A DNA stretch of 64,000 bases from an uncultured Trueperaceae bacterium. Its GTDB lineage: Bacteria; Deinococcota; Deinococci; Deinococcales; Trueperaceae. The translations under genes and the position numbers were made by a program. The stretch spans positions 416,001-480,000 of the forward strand of contig CAWCXJ010000007.1 of the NCBI GenBank assembly GCA_963799485.1, written 5' to 3'. Shown piece after piece: positions 20,426 through 33,757 of this stretch (positions within the stretch are counted from its first letter, which is position 1; every line of letters starts with the position of its first letter). The notes below the pieces were generated by a model that saw nothing but the letters and a program-made list of their open reading frames with translations, made no database searches and was not told the DNA's origin.

Positions 20426-21508
20426 TCACGTCCAGTAGAGCACCGGCGCTGCCGGAAACCGCACGGCAAGCTCGGTTTCAAAAAATGTCCGCAATTCGTT
20501 CATCACGTCTTTGCCGTAAACGTACTTGAGGCCGCCGAACTTGTTGCGTTTGACGGCGCGTTCCGACTCGTTCATCGCGAGCCCTGAGTTCGGGTACCAA
20601 CCCTCCAAGACCTCTTTGGAGCCGGGTGTAAACCGATGGCTGATGAGTTCAAAGGTGAGGTCGCAGGGGAGTGGCGTGGCTTCCTCGAGGCGCTCCAAAA
20701 GCGCAGTGTAGTGCTCGCGCCAGCCCTCGACGGGCATAATCGGGGCAATGACGACGCCGACCGGATACCCGTCTTCGGCGAGCTTGCGGAGGCCACCGAT
20801 TCGTTCAGCGACCGGCGCGGTGCCGCCCTCGAGCCTCCGGCTGACGGGTGCGGCGTTGACCGACACGCGCGCCCGCGTTTTGCCGTTATGTGCCAACCCC
20901 AAAAGCGGCTCCACGGCGCTGAACTTGCTGACCCAGCGGAGCTGCGCGTCCGTGCGGGTACCGAAGTAACGCACGCATTCTGACAAGCTGCCGGTCAGGT
21001 GTTCTAAAGCGAGCGGGTCGGTGTAGCACGACGCTTCAAAGGTCGTAAGCCGACCGGGCTTTTCATAAGCTGCAAGGCCGCCCAGAATCTCGGGCAAGTT
21101 CGCGTAAACGCGGGTAATAGGTGGCCCCGAAAGCGACCCCGCCAGGTAGCAGTACTGACAGTGCGCCGGACAGCCTTTCGCCAGGTGAAACTGCCAGTCT
21201 GCCGAGGGCGGAATCGGCTGGAGCTTCATCATGCTCGGCGGCGCGTTGACCACCGCCAGAGTGCTTTTCGCCAAGCGGTAGGTCTCGCGCTCGTCTTTGC
21301 CTTTCAAGCTCGGCAGGCGGTTGCCGCCGAGTTCGGTGACGTTCAGACCTAGCGCCGTGACACGCTCGAGGATTCTCCGACCGAACGGCTGCGCCAGCGC
21401 GTCGGCGGTAAAAAAGATGCGTTTGGGTTGCCACGATTTCCGGCCCGGTTGCTGAGCTGGTTTGGGCGCGGTAACGGCTTGCGGCGAGAGCGTAGCGGCA
21501 GGGGGCAT
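20426..21508 (-). CDS. Spore photoproduct lyase family radical SAM protein (SplB-like)
   Basis: GCPAHCQYCYL, FEASCYTDP, RWVSKF and KFGGLKYVY. Confidence 0.88.
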   Translation of the reverse strand: MPPAATLSPQAVTAPKPAQQPGRKSWQPKRIFFTADALAQPFGRRILERVTALGLNVTELGGNRLPSLKGKDERETYRLAKSTLAVVNAPPSMMKLQPIPPSADWQFHLAKGCPAHCQYCYLAGSLSGPPITRVYANLPEILGGLAAYEKPGRLTTFEASCYTDPLALEHLTGSLSECVRYFGTRTDAQLRWVSKFSAVEPLLGLAHNGKTRARVSVNAAPVSRRLEGGTAPVAERIGGLRKLAEDGYPVGVVIAPIMPVEGWREHYTALLERLEEATPLPCDLTFELISHRFTPGSKEVLEGWYPNSGLAMNESERAVKRNKFGGLKYVYGKDVMNELRTFFETELAVRFPAAPVLYWT

Positions 21509-21756
21509 AGGCTCCTTTGTCGGGTTTTGGCTGAGGTGAGGAAAAGCTTTCTAGGGTCAGACCGGATCGTTTTCGTCCGCTCACGACCTGCTGATACCCA
21601 AAATTATAGCGCGTCAAACGCCGAAAAAAGCCCGAGCAGACTACACTTTTCTCGTCCAGCAGGGCTTTTGGGAAGGTTACAAAGCACCTCACAGCTGAGG
21701 TAGCCGATGACACCGGGTTTAGCAAAGCGTGTTCGGGAAAGTAGCGGTTTGGAGTG

Positions 21757-22203
21757 TCAGGGGCGGCGCTCGAGCCCGAACTCTCCGGCGGGCGTGCGAT
21801 TTGCCGTCTCACTGTTAAAAAACCAGCCGCCTGAGTATGTGTTCTCGGTCATCGGCCCCGACCACGTGAGGCCGTAAAACTCGGCGGGTGAAACGGTGGG
21901 CTGAAGTTCGCCCAGGGGTAGCTCGAAGATAAAAATTTCCCCTTCGTCATTCGTACCGTTATAAAATCCAGAGACGTTATAGACGGTGTCGCCTACCGTA
22001 AAAACGCCGGTGTAGTCGCCTCCCGTTTCGGTTCGGGTGATTTCGGCGGTAAACGGCTCTGTTCCCGAACCGCCGGTTGTGGTCGTCAGTGTCCCTTGCC
22101 ATGACCCTACCGGACTCACTAAAGGCTGCGCTTCACGGTTACACGCCGCAAGCATCATGAAAATTACCGTAAACAGCCCGAACCGCAAAACCTGTTTGTT
22201 CAT
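21757..22203 (-). CDS. Hypothetical lipoprotein
   Basis: Signal peptide with lipobox LAAC; beta-rich GSWQG-type domain. Confidence 0.7.
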   Translation of the reverse strand: MNKQVLRFGLFTVIFMMLAACNREAQPLVSPVGSWQGTLTTTTGGSGTEPFTAEITRTETGGDYTGVFTVGDTVYNVSGFYNGTNDEGEIFIFELPLGELQPTVSPAEFYGLTWSGPMTENTYSGGWFFNSETANRTPAGEFGLERRP

Positions 22204-22267
22204 GTGCAAAGTATGGGCTGCCTTTTTAGACTTGTCAATACAGTGGGCACAAAATAGTGGGCACGGA

Positions 22268-22873
22268 CTAAACAAGTTTCCAGAGCTTCAAAATACTCAA
22301 AAGCGGTGGCAGTGGGTCTTGCCAGAACCAGCCGGGTTCCAGCTTTAATCCTGCCAGCACCTCGCTCTCGAACGCGCCGTCTTTTAGCTGCACCAGTTCG
22401 TAGATGCCGCGCGCGCTGAGCCGGTAAAACTCGGCCTGCTCGCGGTCGGGGTCGATAAGCCAGTACTCTTTGACGCCCGCTTGCTCGTATTCGTAAAACT
22501 TTTCGCCCCTGTCCCTTACGCGGCTTTCGGGGCTGATGATTTCAACGGCAAGGTCGGCAGGGCCGGCAAGACGGTTTTTCTGAAGCCGCGAGAGGTTCTC
22601 ATTTGCCACAAACAAGATATCGGGTTCACGCCCCGGTAAATCCGGCCCCAGCTTCATCTGATAGGGAGCGGGCAGAAGAATCCCCATATCGGACGCTTCA
22701 GCAAAAGCGCTGAGGCTCGCAACCAGAAAACGAACAATAAGCTGATGGCGGGTAGAAGGCGGTGTCAAGAACACGACCTTACCACCTACCCATTCTGCCG
22801 GCGTGTCCTCACCGGCCCACTCAAGAAACGCTTCGTAGCTCATCTCGAGCGGATTTTTCGGCGTTTCAGTCAC
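22268..22873 (-). CDS. Uma2 family endonuclease (DUF820)
   Basis: PSTRHQ, REPD, DLAVEIISP and KFYEYEQAGVKEYWLIDP. Confidence 0.92.
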   Translation of the reverse strand: MTETPKNPLEMSYEAFLEWAGEDTPAEWVGGKVVFLTPPSTRHQLIVRFLVASLSAFAEASDMGILLPAPYQMKLGPDLPGREPDILFVANENLSRLQKNRLAGPADLAVEIISPESRVRDRGEKFYEYEQAGVKEYWLIDPDREQAEFYRLSARGIYELVQLKDGAFESEVLAGLKLEPGWFWQDPLPPLLSILKLWKLV

Positions 22874-22901
22874 GCCTCAGCATAGCGCATTTCACCGGGG
22901 T

Positions 22902-25851
<2,950 letters not shown>

Positions 25852-25854
25852 GCT

Positions 25855-27147
25855 CTAGTCTACCCTTGCCTTTTGCTCGGAGGTCTCTGCAGGAGTTTCT
25901 TCTGCCTGCTCTTTGTTTAGCGGGTAAACCTGTACGTCCGCGCCTGCGCCCGTATAAGCCGGGCGTTTTAAGAGGTAGGTCTCGAGCACCAGCTTACCGA
26001 GCGCCACTGTCGGTACGGCAAAAATCGCCCCGACCAGCCCGAACGTCCCGAGCCCGAAGGTGATGGCGATTAAAACCGTAACCGGGTGCAGGTTCGTCGA
26101 ACGCGACAAGATAAAAGGCGAGAGCAAATTGCCCTCCAACTGATTGGCGACGATGAACAAGATAATGACCAAAAGCGCCGAGGTAAAGGGTGTTTGAGTG
26201 GTGAGTCCCAACAAAATTGCCGGAATCGCGCCGACAATAGACCCCAGGTACGGCACCAGGTTGAGCACCGCTGCTAAAAAGCTGATCGCCAGCGGCAAAC
26301 GAATCCCGATTAACAGCAGGCCGATATAGAGAAATATCCCCAGCACAAGAGCAATAAGCAACTGTCCACGCAGATAGCCACCGACGGCAATATCGGCCTT
26401 TTTACCGATGTCTTCGTATACGGCGCGGTAACGAACCGGAATAAAGCGTTTGAAATTGGCGATAAACTTGGGAAAGTCGTTGAGGAAGTAGGCGCTTGCC
26501 ACCAGAATCAAAAAAACTTGCAAGGTCGTCGAAAAGATGCCGGTTGCGCCCGAGAGCAAAAAGCCCGGCCCCTGATTGAGGATGTTCTCCAAAAGATTGG
26601 TAATCCCGACCGACGCCTGGTCGAATAGCGCGATAATCCTTGCTTCGACCTCGCCGGCAACGTTATCGTTTCCAGCAGCAACGCCGAAACGGTCAGTTAA
26701 AAAAGCGGGCAGCCGGTCTTGCCAACTCGCAAAAAATTCTGAAGCGTTGGTAAGCAGCGGTCTCAGCGCGTCGAGCGCGCGCGGTACCGCATTGACAAAG
26801 CGCCCGAGCTGACCGACGATCTGGGTGAGCAAGTAGGTGCCAAAAACAAGCAGCAACACTACGAGGATGTAGACGATGACCGTTGCCGGCGCGCGGCGGA
26901 TACGGACGCGGCCCATGCCGTCAACCAGCGGATTCAAGATGTAGGCGATGATAAAACCGATGAGCGCGGTTTGCAGCGCGAACGCGTAGTTGGCGCGGAA
27001 GTAGATCAAAATCCAGATGACGGCGACGAGCAAGACGAGCTGCACAGTGGCCCGTACCCAGACGTTGCGCCAGACGACCTCGAAGGCCGTCGGGTTTCTT
27101 ACCGCTTCGCGGTTGGCGCGGACGCCGCTCTTTCCCTCGTTATCCAC
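25855..27147 (-). CDS. AI-2E family transporter
   Basis: IAYILNPLV, GGYLRGQ, LVPYLG, QLEGNLLSP and LHPV. Confidence 0.92.
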   Translation of the reverse strand: MDNEGKSGVRANREAVRNPTAFEVVWRNVWVRATVQLVLLVAVIWILIYFRANYAFALQTALIGFIIAYILNPLVDGMGRVRIRRAPATVIVYILVVLLLVFGTYLLTQIVGQLGRFVNAVPRALDALRPLLTNASEFFASWQDRLPAFLTDRFGVAAGNDNVAGEVEARIIALFDQASVGITNLLENILNQGPGFLLSGATGIFSTTLQVFLILVASAYFLNDFPKFIANFKRFIPVRYRAVYEDIGKKADIAVGGYLRGQLLIALVLGIFLYIGLLLIGIRLPLAISFLAAVLNLVPYLGSIVGAIPAILLGLTTQTPFTSALLVIILFIVANQLEGNLLSPFILSRSTNLHPVTVLIAITFGLGTFGLVGAIFAVPTVALGKLVLETYLLKRPAYTGAGADVQVYPLNKEQAEETPAETSEQKARVD

Positions 27148-27407
27148 GCGCTGAGTTTAGCACGCACCCCTGCAGGTGCCGACGGTAGCACCCGGCAGAT
27201 TTTTCGGGCAGGTTTCAACGCGGGGCCGCGAGCCTCGGTGCCAACAGCTTTTGATCCGAGCAGTCGTGGTCGCTACCCTCAACCCGCCCTGCGCGACATA
27301 GATTCGACGACATAGATTTGACGTCGACTTGGGGTGCATCTTTTGGCAAACTGTCCGGTTCCCCAACATTGCGGCGGCGAGGGTTTGCTCGAGTCCCGTC
27401 TCAGCCG

Positions 27408-28259
27408 CTATTCCCCGGCCCCTGAAGATTTCAAGTATTGACCAAAACCCTCACGCATCTTCTGTGACACCTCCGGGTCGTCTTGATACTTCTGCGCGGC
27501 AGGCCGGATGTTGTAGACCTCCCGAATCTTTTCAAACGGCAAGGTCGTATCGATCCAGCCCCGGCGGTACAAGAGTCTGTCCGAGGTACCGGGCAAGACC
27601 TGTTCGGGTCGCCACCACGCAAAACTCCCGGGCCGCGCGTGGTCGGCGTGTAGACCCAAGAGGTTCGTGCAGTTGCGGCTGATGCTGTTGTAAAACCGGG
27701 GCTGACGGCGCAAGATGTTCGCCTCGTGGAAGATGTCCCGGAGCATCTTCTTGACCTCGTTTGGGGGCATCGTCAGTGGGTAGAGGTAGACGTCGTGGTC
27801 TTGGTAGACCGCCCGCCGTAAAATAAAGTCGCGTTCGTCGCCGAAGGTGTAGATGAGTTCAAAGTTGTTGAACATGCCGCGCAAGATGTTGTAGGGTTCG
27901 CCCTGCAAAACCCGCGCCTCGGCGGAAAAGGCCAGGTACTCGCCGCCTTCAAACTCAAAGCTGATGAGAGTGTGGGCGATGGCTTCAATTTGGCTAAACG
28001 ACTCGACGACGAACCAGACGCGCTTTAGTCTGCTCAAATCGTACGCGCGGTCTTCCCACCGGCCCGTAAACGGGGTTCCCGGCGCGCCGTAACGGATATT
28101 ACGCACATCATGCACCGTTACCCGGTCGCCGTCAAAGTCGATGTGGGGCGGACGAACGAGGTCGGCGCGCCACGGCCTGTCGTTGGTCGGGCGTTTTAAG
28201 TTGACCAGAAAAACGAGCAGCGCGCTTAACAAGACGAAATACAAGCTGGCGAGGAGCAT
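27408..28259 (-). CDS. DUF4105 (Lnb N-terminal-like) domain protein
   Basis: N-terminal TM; AHTLISF, FELIY..GDERD and FYNSISRNCT. Confidence 0.82.
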   Translation of the reverse strand: MLLASLYFVLLSALLVFLVNLKRPTNDRPWRADLVRPPHIDFDGDRVTVHDVRNIRYGAPGTPFTGRWEDRAYDLSRLKRVWFVVESFSQIEAIAHTLISFEFEGGEYLAFSAEARVLQGEPYNILRGMFNNFELIYTFGDERDFILRRAVYQDHDVYLYPLTMPPNEVKKMLRDIFHEANILRRQPRFYNSISRNCTNLLGLHADHARPGSFAWWRPEQVLPGTSDRLLYRRGWIDTTLPFEKIREVYNIRPAAQKYQDDPEVSQKMREGFGQYLKSSGAGE

Positions 28260-28413
28260 AGCGGCTAGTGTACTCGAGAACGGCCCACCAAAAACTGCAT
28301 CCCGGCAACCGTAAAACCAAAAGGTAGGGGAGAAGACGCCGGAGGCGTGTGCTTCGCCCGTAAACTGCCCTGAGCGTAGCTGAACATACTCGCAAGGTTG
28401 AAAAGAGGACGGC

Positions 28414-29583
28414 GTGAATATTGCAGTTTTGCTTCATAGCGGTGCAGGCGGGAGCGGGGTCGTTGCGACCGAAGTCGGGGTCGGCCTGGCGCGGCAGGGC
28501 CATACGGTTCACTTCGTGGCGAACAGCGTCCCCTTTCGGCTGACCGAATTTGGGCACCCGAACATCTACTTTCACCAGGTCGAGAGCATGTCGTACCCGC
28601 TTTTCGACGCGCCGCTGACGACCCTCGCCGAAGCCTCCAAACTTGCCGAGGTCATCGAAGAAAACGGTATCGACATCATCCACGCGCACTACGCCATCCC
28701 GCACGCGGCGGCGGCCATTTTGGCCCGCGATATGGCCCGCGTTCCCGTGTCCCCGGCGGTCGTTACCACGCTTCACGGCACCGATGTGACGCTCGTCGGG
28801 CTCGACCGAGCGTATTTACGCACCACGCAGCACTCGGTCGAACATTCCGACGCGGTCACGGCGGTCAGCCACTACTTGGCGGGCTATACCCACGCCGAGA
28901 TGGGCGTGAAGCGCGAGATTACGGTGGTGCCGAACGCGGTGGACAGCGAGCGCTTCAGCCCGAACGGGTCGCCGGAGTTGCGGCTTCGTTACGCGCACCC
29001 GGAAGAAAAACTCCTGACGCACGTCTCGAACTTTCGCGCGGTTAAACGGGTTGAGGACGTGGTGCGGGTGTTTGCCGAGGTCTTGAGCGAGGTTGGCGCG
29101 CGGCTGCTGATGATCGGCGACGGCCCCGACCGACCAAAAGCGTTTGAACTAGCCACGAAACTCGGCGTCGGCGGGCGGGTCGCATTTTTGGGGTCATTCC
29201 CGCGTATCGAAAGCATTTTAGCCATCAGCGACCTGTTTTTGCTGCCGAGCAGCGAAGAGTCGTTCGGTCTGGCGGCTTTAGAGGCGATGGCCGCGGGCGT
29301 GCCGGTAATTGCCACGCGCACAGGCGGGATTCCTGAGGTCGTGGTAGACGGTAAAACAGGCTACTTGTGCGCTTTAGGCGATACGGCGGGGATGGCGACG
29401 GCGGCGCTGACGCTCCTTAAAAACAAAGCGCTTCACGAAAAATTTGCGGGTGCGGCGCGGGCGCGGGCCGTAGACGTCTTTGGCGAAGCGCAGGTGTTGC
29501 CTTTATATCTCGAGACCTACGAACGCGCTATTTCATCGAGGTTACGCGAAACCTCACCCGAAACCTCGCTGAGCGGTAGATAG
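28414..29583 (+). CDS. bshA: N-acetyl-alpha-D-glucosaminyl L-malate synthase (bacillithiol)
   Basis: [35 protein letters not shown] and [11 protein letters not shown]. Confidence 0.92.
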   Translation: MNIAVLLHSGAGGSGVVATEVGVGLARQGHTVHFVANSVPFRLTEFGHPNIYFHQVESMSYPLFDAPLTTLAEASKLAEVIEENGIDIIHAHYAIPHAAAAILARDMARVPVSPAVVTTLHGTDVTLVGLDRAYLRTTQHSVEHSDAVTAVSHYLAGYTHAEMGVKREITVVPNAVDSERFSPNGSPELRLRYAHPEEKLLTHVSNFRAVKRVEDVVRVFAEVLSEVGARLLMIGDGPDRPKAFELATKLGVGGRVAFLGSFPRIESILAISDLFLLPSSEESFGLAALEAMAAGVPVIATRTGGIPEVVVDGKTGYLCALGDTAGMATAALTLLKNKALHEKFAGAARARAVDVFGEAQVLPLYLETYERAISSRLRETSPETSLSGR

Positions 29584-30563
29584 GGCGTCGCGTCTACCTC
29601 GTCAGGGTTCGTCAGGCCCGCTTCTAACCGGGCGTGCGCGGCGAGCGCAATCATCGCCCCGTTGTCGGTGGCGAGTGCTAGCGGCGGCACCCGGACGTTC
29701 AGCTTGGTTTCCTGTAGACGTTCGCGTAGGCGTTTGTTCGCTGCCACGCCGCCCGCCACGACGAGCGTTTCGTACCCTGTAGCAGCGGCAGCCCGGAGCG
29801 TCGTCTGCACCAGGCTTTCGACCACGACGCGTTCAAAGCTTGCAGCAACGTCGGCTTTGGGCGCGTCCGGTTGACGTTGTAAAAGCACCGACACAGCCGT
29901 TTTAAGCCCGCTAAACGAAAAGTCGAACCCGGTTTGGCCTTTAAGCGGCACCGTAAAAGGGAAGGCGTCCGGGTCGCCGGTTTCGGCTAAGCGGCTTAGC
30001 GCCGCGCCACCCGGATAGCCGAGACCCAAAAGCCGCGCGGCCTTGTCGAACGCTTCCCCGGCGGCGTCGTCGCGGCTCCGGCCCAGCTCCTTGTACTCGC
30101 CCCACGCCCGCACGTCGAACAAACTGGTGTGTCCGCCCGAGGCGATAAGGCAGAGAAACGGCGGCTTGGTGCCTCCTTCAGCGAAACTCGAGGCTTCCAG
30201 AGCTGAAGCGATGTGACCCTCGAGGTGGTGCACGGGCACGAACGGCAGAGCGCGCGCCCACGCGACCCCTTTGGCATAGGTCAGACCGACCAAGAGCGCC
30301 CCGACCAAGCCGGGGCCGTAGGTTGCCGCGACGTGCGTCACGTCGTCCAAGGTTACGTCCGCCTCAGCGAGTGCTTTTTGAAACACCGTGTCGATAACCG
30401 CCAGATGCTCACGGCTCGCCTGCTCGGGCATTACGCCCCCAAAAGCCGCGTGCAGCGCCGTTTGCGACGCCACGATATTGGCGACGACGCGGCCCCCCCG
30501 GACGATGCCGACGCCGGTATCGTCGCATGAGGTATCGATACCTAAAATGACGCGCTCACTCAT
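29517..30563 (-). CDS. tsaD: tRNA N6-adenosine threonylcarbamoyltransferase
   Basis: LGIDTSCDDT, HHLEGH, SGGHT, DDAAGEAFDK and TDNGAMI. Confidence 0.96.
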   Translation of the reverse strand: MSERVILGIDTSCDDTGVGIVRGGRVVANIVASQTALHAAFGGVMPEQASREHLAVIDTVFQKALAEADVTLDDVTHVAATYGPGLVGALLVGLTYAKGVAWARALPFVPVHHLEGHIASALEASSFAEGGTKPPFLCLIASGGHTSLFDVRAWGEYKELGRSRDDAAGEAFDKAARLLGLGYPGGAALSRLAETGDPDAFPFTVPLKGQTGFDFSFSGLKTAVSVLLQRQPDAPKADVAASFERVVVESLVQTTLRAAAATGYETLVVAGGVAANKRLRERLQETKLNVRVPPLALATDNGAMIALAAHARLEAGLTNPDEVDATPYLPLSEVSGEVSRNLDEIARS

Positions 30564-30602
30564 CCGTCAAGCCTAGCACCCGCTCCTTGCTAGACTGGTT
30601 TG

Positions 30603-31725
30603 GTGACGTTCGCCGAGACCTTGACGCGCTACCACGCGCTCGAGCCCAAACACCTGATGCAAACAGGCAACGGTTTGCGCTACGCGGTCAAACGCGGGCT
30701 GCGGGGGTATCCGCTGCACCCCGGCGTGGCGCTCATGCTTGCTAAAGCCGATTTGGAAACGGGTGCGCTCATCGACGCCACCGGTTCGGGTGGATTGGTC
30801 GCACTGGTCTGCTGACGCCGAGGCGAAGCTGGTTTTGGAGACCTCGAAGGCCGCCTTGCGCTGCGCCGTCTGGACGTTTGCCGACGCCGATACGCAGATT
30901 GTCGCCGGTGCCCCGTGGGACGCACCCGCCGCTGCCGCCGACCTCATCGCGCTCGTGCCACCCACCGACCGGGGGAGCAGGCGCGTCACGGCTGAACTCG
31001 CCGGAGCCCACGCCGCGCTCAAGCCGGGCGGCGCGGCTTTAATCGTCATGCATAAAGACCAGGGTGCCAAACGTTACGAAAAACTAGCCGCAAAGCTGTT
31101 TGGTGAGCTTGACATTCTCGCCAAAGACGGCGGCTGGCGGCTCGTCCGGGTTAAGAAGGTAAAAGGCGAGGGCCTCGAGGTGTCCCCCCTCCAGTTCTCT
31201 GTCACCGACCTGAACCTTCAAGCCGAACCCGGTGTGTTCGCCGCCGGTAAGCTCGACCCCGGTACGACGCGGTTTTTAGAAGCGGTGCGCTTAGCGGATT
31301 TTGTGGGACAAAGGGTGCTCGAGCTGGGCTGCGGTTACGGCGTGATTGCGCTTAAAGCGTCCCTTGCAGGCGCTGCCGTAACTGCTTCTGATGATGACCT
31401 CTTGGCGGTACGCAGCACCCACCGCAACGCGGCGCACTACGGCGCGGACGTGCGCGCGCTGCACTCGGACGTAGACTCTGAACTGCAAGCAGAGACCTTC
31501 GACGCGGTGCTGATGAACCCGCCCTTCCACGTCGGTAAACAGGTGGTGCTGGACGTGCCGCAGGCGTTTTTGGCAGCGGCCCATGAGCGGCTCAAACCCG
31601 GCGGCACGCTTGTCTTGGTGGCGAATAAAGCGCTGCCGTATGAGCGGGAACTCGAGCGGTTCTCGGCTTGGGAAACGGTCTTTACAGAGGGTCGGTTCAA
31701 GGTTCTGCGGGCAGTGAAGACATAA
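30603..31725 (+). pseudogene. RsmC-like class I SAM methyltransferase with frameshift near 30810
   Basis: N-terminal part VTFAETL...DATGSGGLVAL is in one frame. The rest is in the next frame, with PGVFAAGKLDPGT, ELGCGYG and NPPFH. Confidence 0.78.
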
Positions 31726-31908
31726 TCTATGAGTTTAATATCTACGCGTTTGAAACCTCACGGTGGCGGCGCTTCATGCAGCGTAGCGCGAGGCTGCAAA
31801 AACGCAAGGCTTTCCCGTAGAGAAGCGATATATCTGCCTGATTCGTATGCCTTAGTCAGAGCAGCACCGCATCTTCATAAACCCGTAGCTTCCGTTAAAG
31901 CCGTATTC

Positions 31909-32946
31909 TTACGCCCGCTGGGTAAACTCGAGATACGCCCCCAGCTTTTCCGCCGCCGCCCCTGAATTTAGCAGGTCATCGGCTAAAATGACGCCCGCTT
32001 CAAGGTTCGGCGCTTTGTCACCCAAGTAAAGCGCGGCCCCCGCATTAAGTAGCACCACGTCGCGTTTGGCTCCGTGCAGCGCGTTGTTAAGAAGTGCGCG
32101 AATCGTCACGGCGTTTTCTTCGGGGGTGCCGCCGGAGAGCTCGAGCCTATCGAAAAATCCCAGCCCTACACTCTGAGGATGCACGGTGTAGGTGCGGAGC
32201 GTCCCATCCTCACCCAGTTCAGTGACGCGCGTTTCACCGCAAACCGTCAGCTCGTCCAAACCGTCGCCGTGAACGACGAGCGCCCGCTCGACCCCTAAAC
32301 CCGCCAAAACCTGTGCGAGTGGTTCGGTCAACTTGGGGTCGTAGACGCCTAAAAGTTGCCGGTTGGCTCCGGCAGGGTTCGTCAGCGGGCCGAGGCTGTT
32401 GAAAATCGTGCGCGCCCGTAAATCGGCGCGAATCGGCGCGACGAATTTCATCGCCGGATGGTGCGTTTTGGCGAAGATAAACGTCAAACCGACCTCTTCT
32501 ATACACGCGGCGAGTTGTTCGGGCGTCCCCTCGAGCTTGGCCCCCAACGCCTCCAACACGTCTGCTGCCCCTGACTTGCGCGTTACGGCGCGGTTGCCGT
32601 GCTTGGCGACCTTGACGCCGCCGGCTGCCAGTACAAACAAACTCGCCGTGCTGATATTAAAGGTGCTGAGGCCCGTGCCGCCCGTGCCGCAGGTGTCCAA
32701 AAGCGGCCCCGATACGTTTACAGGCACGTGAACGGCACGCTCCCGCATCGCCCGCGCAAAACCGATCACCTCAGCGACAGTTTCGCCCCGCGTGCGAAGC
32801 GCCGCTAACAGTGCCGCCGCCTGCATCTGGCTGAGCTGTCCGTCCATCAGGTGGCCCATCACCCATTCGGCCCGCTCCTGTGAAAGCGTTTGCCCGTCGA
32901 AAACATCGCCCAAAAGCGTCGTAATATCAAAGTTTACTTCAGTCAC
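31909..32946 (-). CDS. trpD: Anthranilate phosphoribosyltransferase
   Basis: DTCGTGG, FNISTA, AKHGNR, HHPAM and GLDE. Confidence 0.96.
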   Translation of the reverse strand: MTEVNFDITTLLGDVFDGQTLSQERAEWVMGHLMDGQLSQMQAAALLAALRTRGETVAEVIGFARAMRERAVHVPVNVSGPLLDTCGTGGTGLSTFNISTASLFVLAAGGVKVAKHGNRAVTRKSGAADVLEALGAKLEGTPEQLAACIEEVGLTFIFAKTHHPAMKFVAPIRADLRARTIFNSLGPLTNPAGANRQLLGVYDPKLTEPLAQVLAGLGVERALVVHGDGLDELTVCGETRVTELGEDGTLRTYTVHPQSVGLGFFDRLELSGGTPEENAVTIRALLNNALHGAKRDVVLLNAGAALYLGDKAPNLEAGVILADDLLNSGAAAEKLGAYLEFTQRA

Positions 32947-33757
32947 ATCTCTCCTCTAGTGCGCCCAGTAGATAGGCCCGTTCGTAAGCGTAAACTTCAG
33001 GGGCCAGTCGCTGCCAGAACAGACGCGGCGGCCCCAACAGCGCAAAGCGTTTAAGCGCCAGTAAACCCCAATGTACGCCCAGGCGATACTTGAGCGCCGG
33101 ATAGCGCCCTGCCAAACGCCGCGCGTTGCGGCCTGCGCTGTAGGCTTTTTGCAGGTCGCCCGAACGCACCGGGTTGGGGCCGAGATGCTGCGCGGGCGCG
33201 TCCGGCAAGGCCACAAAGGGCAATTCTTTGAGGGCAAACCCGAGCGCCACATCTTCGCCGCCGTACCCCGAAAGCGTTTCGTCAAAGCCGCCGACGCGCC
33301 GAAAAGCTGCTGCCGGAACGCTCGTATTCGCGCCGCTCAGGTTCCAGAAGCCGACCCGTTGGGGCGACCACCTTTCGGTATGGTTTGCCGCGATGAACTC
33401 GAGCCCCCCCACTGCCACACACGGACGCAGCTGCTCAGCAAGATGTTTTCGCAACGTTTCCGGCGCAGGCAAACAGTCGTCGTCGGAAAAGTAGAGCACC
33501 CGGCCCGTCGCCGCTGCCGCACAGAGGTTGCGGGCGCGTGCAGGGCTTAGCAGTTCCGGCGAAACTTGAACCCGCAGACGGTAGGGCGTTTGAGTCTCCT
33601 CGAGCAGCTTGGCGGTTTCGTCGGTGCAAGCGTTGGCGAGCACAACGACTTCAAACTGTTCAGGCGGCAAAGTCTGGGCTTCAAGCGCCGCCAGCTTTTG
33701 CCGTAAAAGCGCCTCGCGGTCGTGTGTTACGGTAATCACGCTCAGCTGAACGCTCAT
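32939..33757 (-). CDS. Glycosyltransferase family 2
   Basis: LSVITVT, ARARN, FSDDD and GGFDE..GYGGED. Confidence 0.88.
   Translation of the reverse strand: MSVQLSVITVTHDREALLRQKLAALEAQTLPPEQFEVVVLANACTDETAKLLEETQTPYRLRVQVSPELLSPARARNLCAAAATGRVLYFSDDDCLPAPETLRKHLAEQLRPCVAVGGLEFIAANHTERWSPQRVGFWNLSGANTSVPAAAFRRVGGFDETLSGYGGEDVALGFALKELPFVALPDAPAQHLGPNPVRSGDLQKAYSAGRNARRLAGRYPALKYRLGVHWGLLALKRFALLGPPRLFWQRLAPEVYAYERAYLLGALEERCD

Noticed and set aside
21509..21756. DdrO/RDRM radiation-response operator upstream of the splB-like gene
   Set aside because: No convincing 17-bp palindrome found by eye.
29517..29583. 67-bp convergent overlap of bshA and tsaD with a CGAAACCTC repeat
   Set aside because: Short tail overlap with a small local duplication; no evidence of function.
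31729..31965. 78-aa ORF after the methyltransferase
   Set aside because: Overlaps the trpD end and has no recognisable features; probably non-coding.
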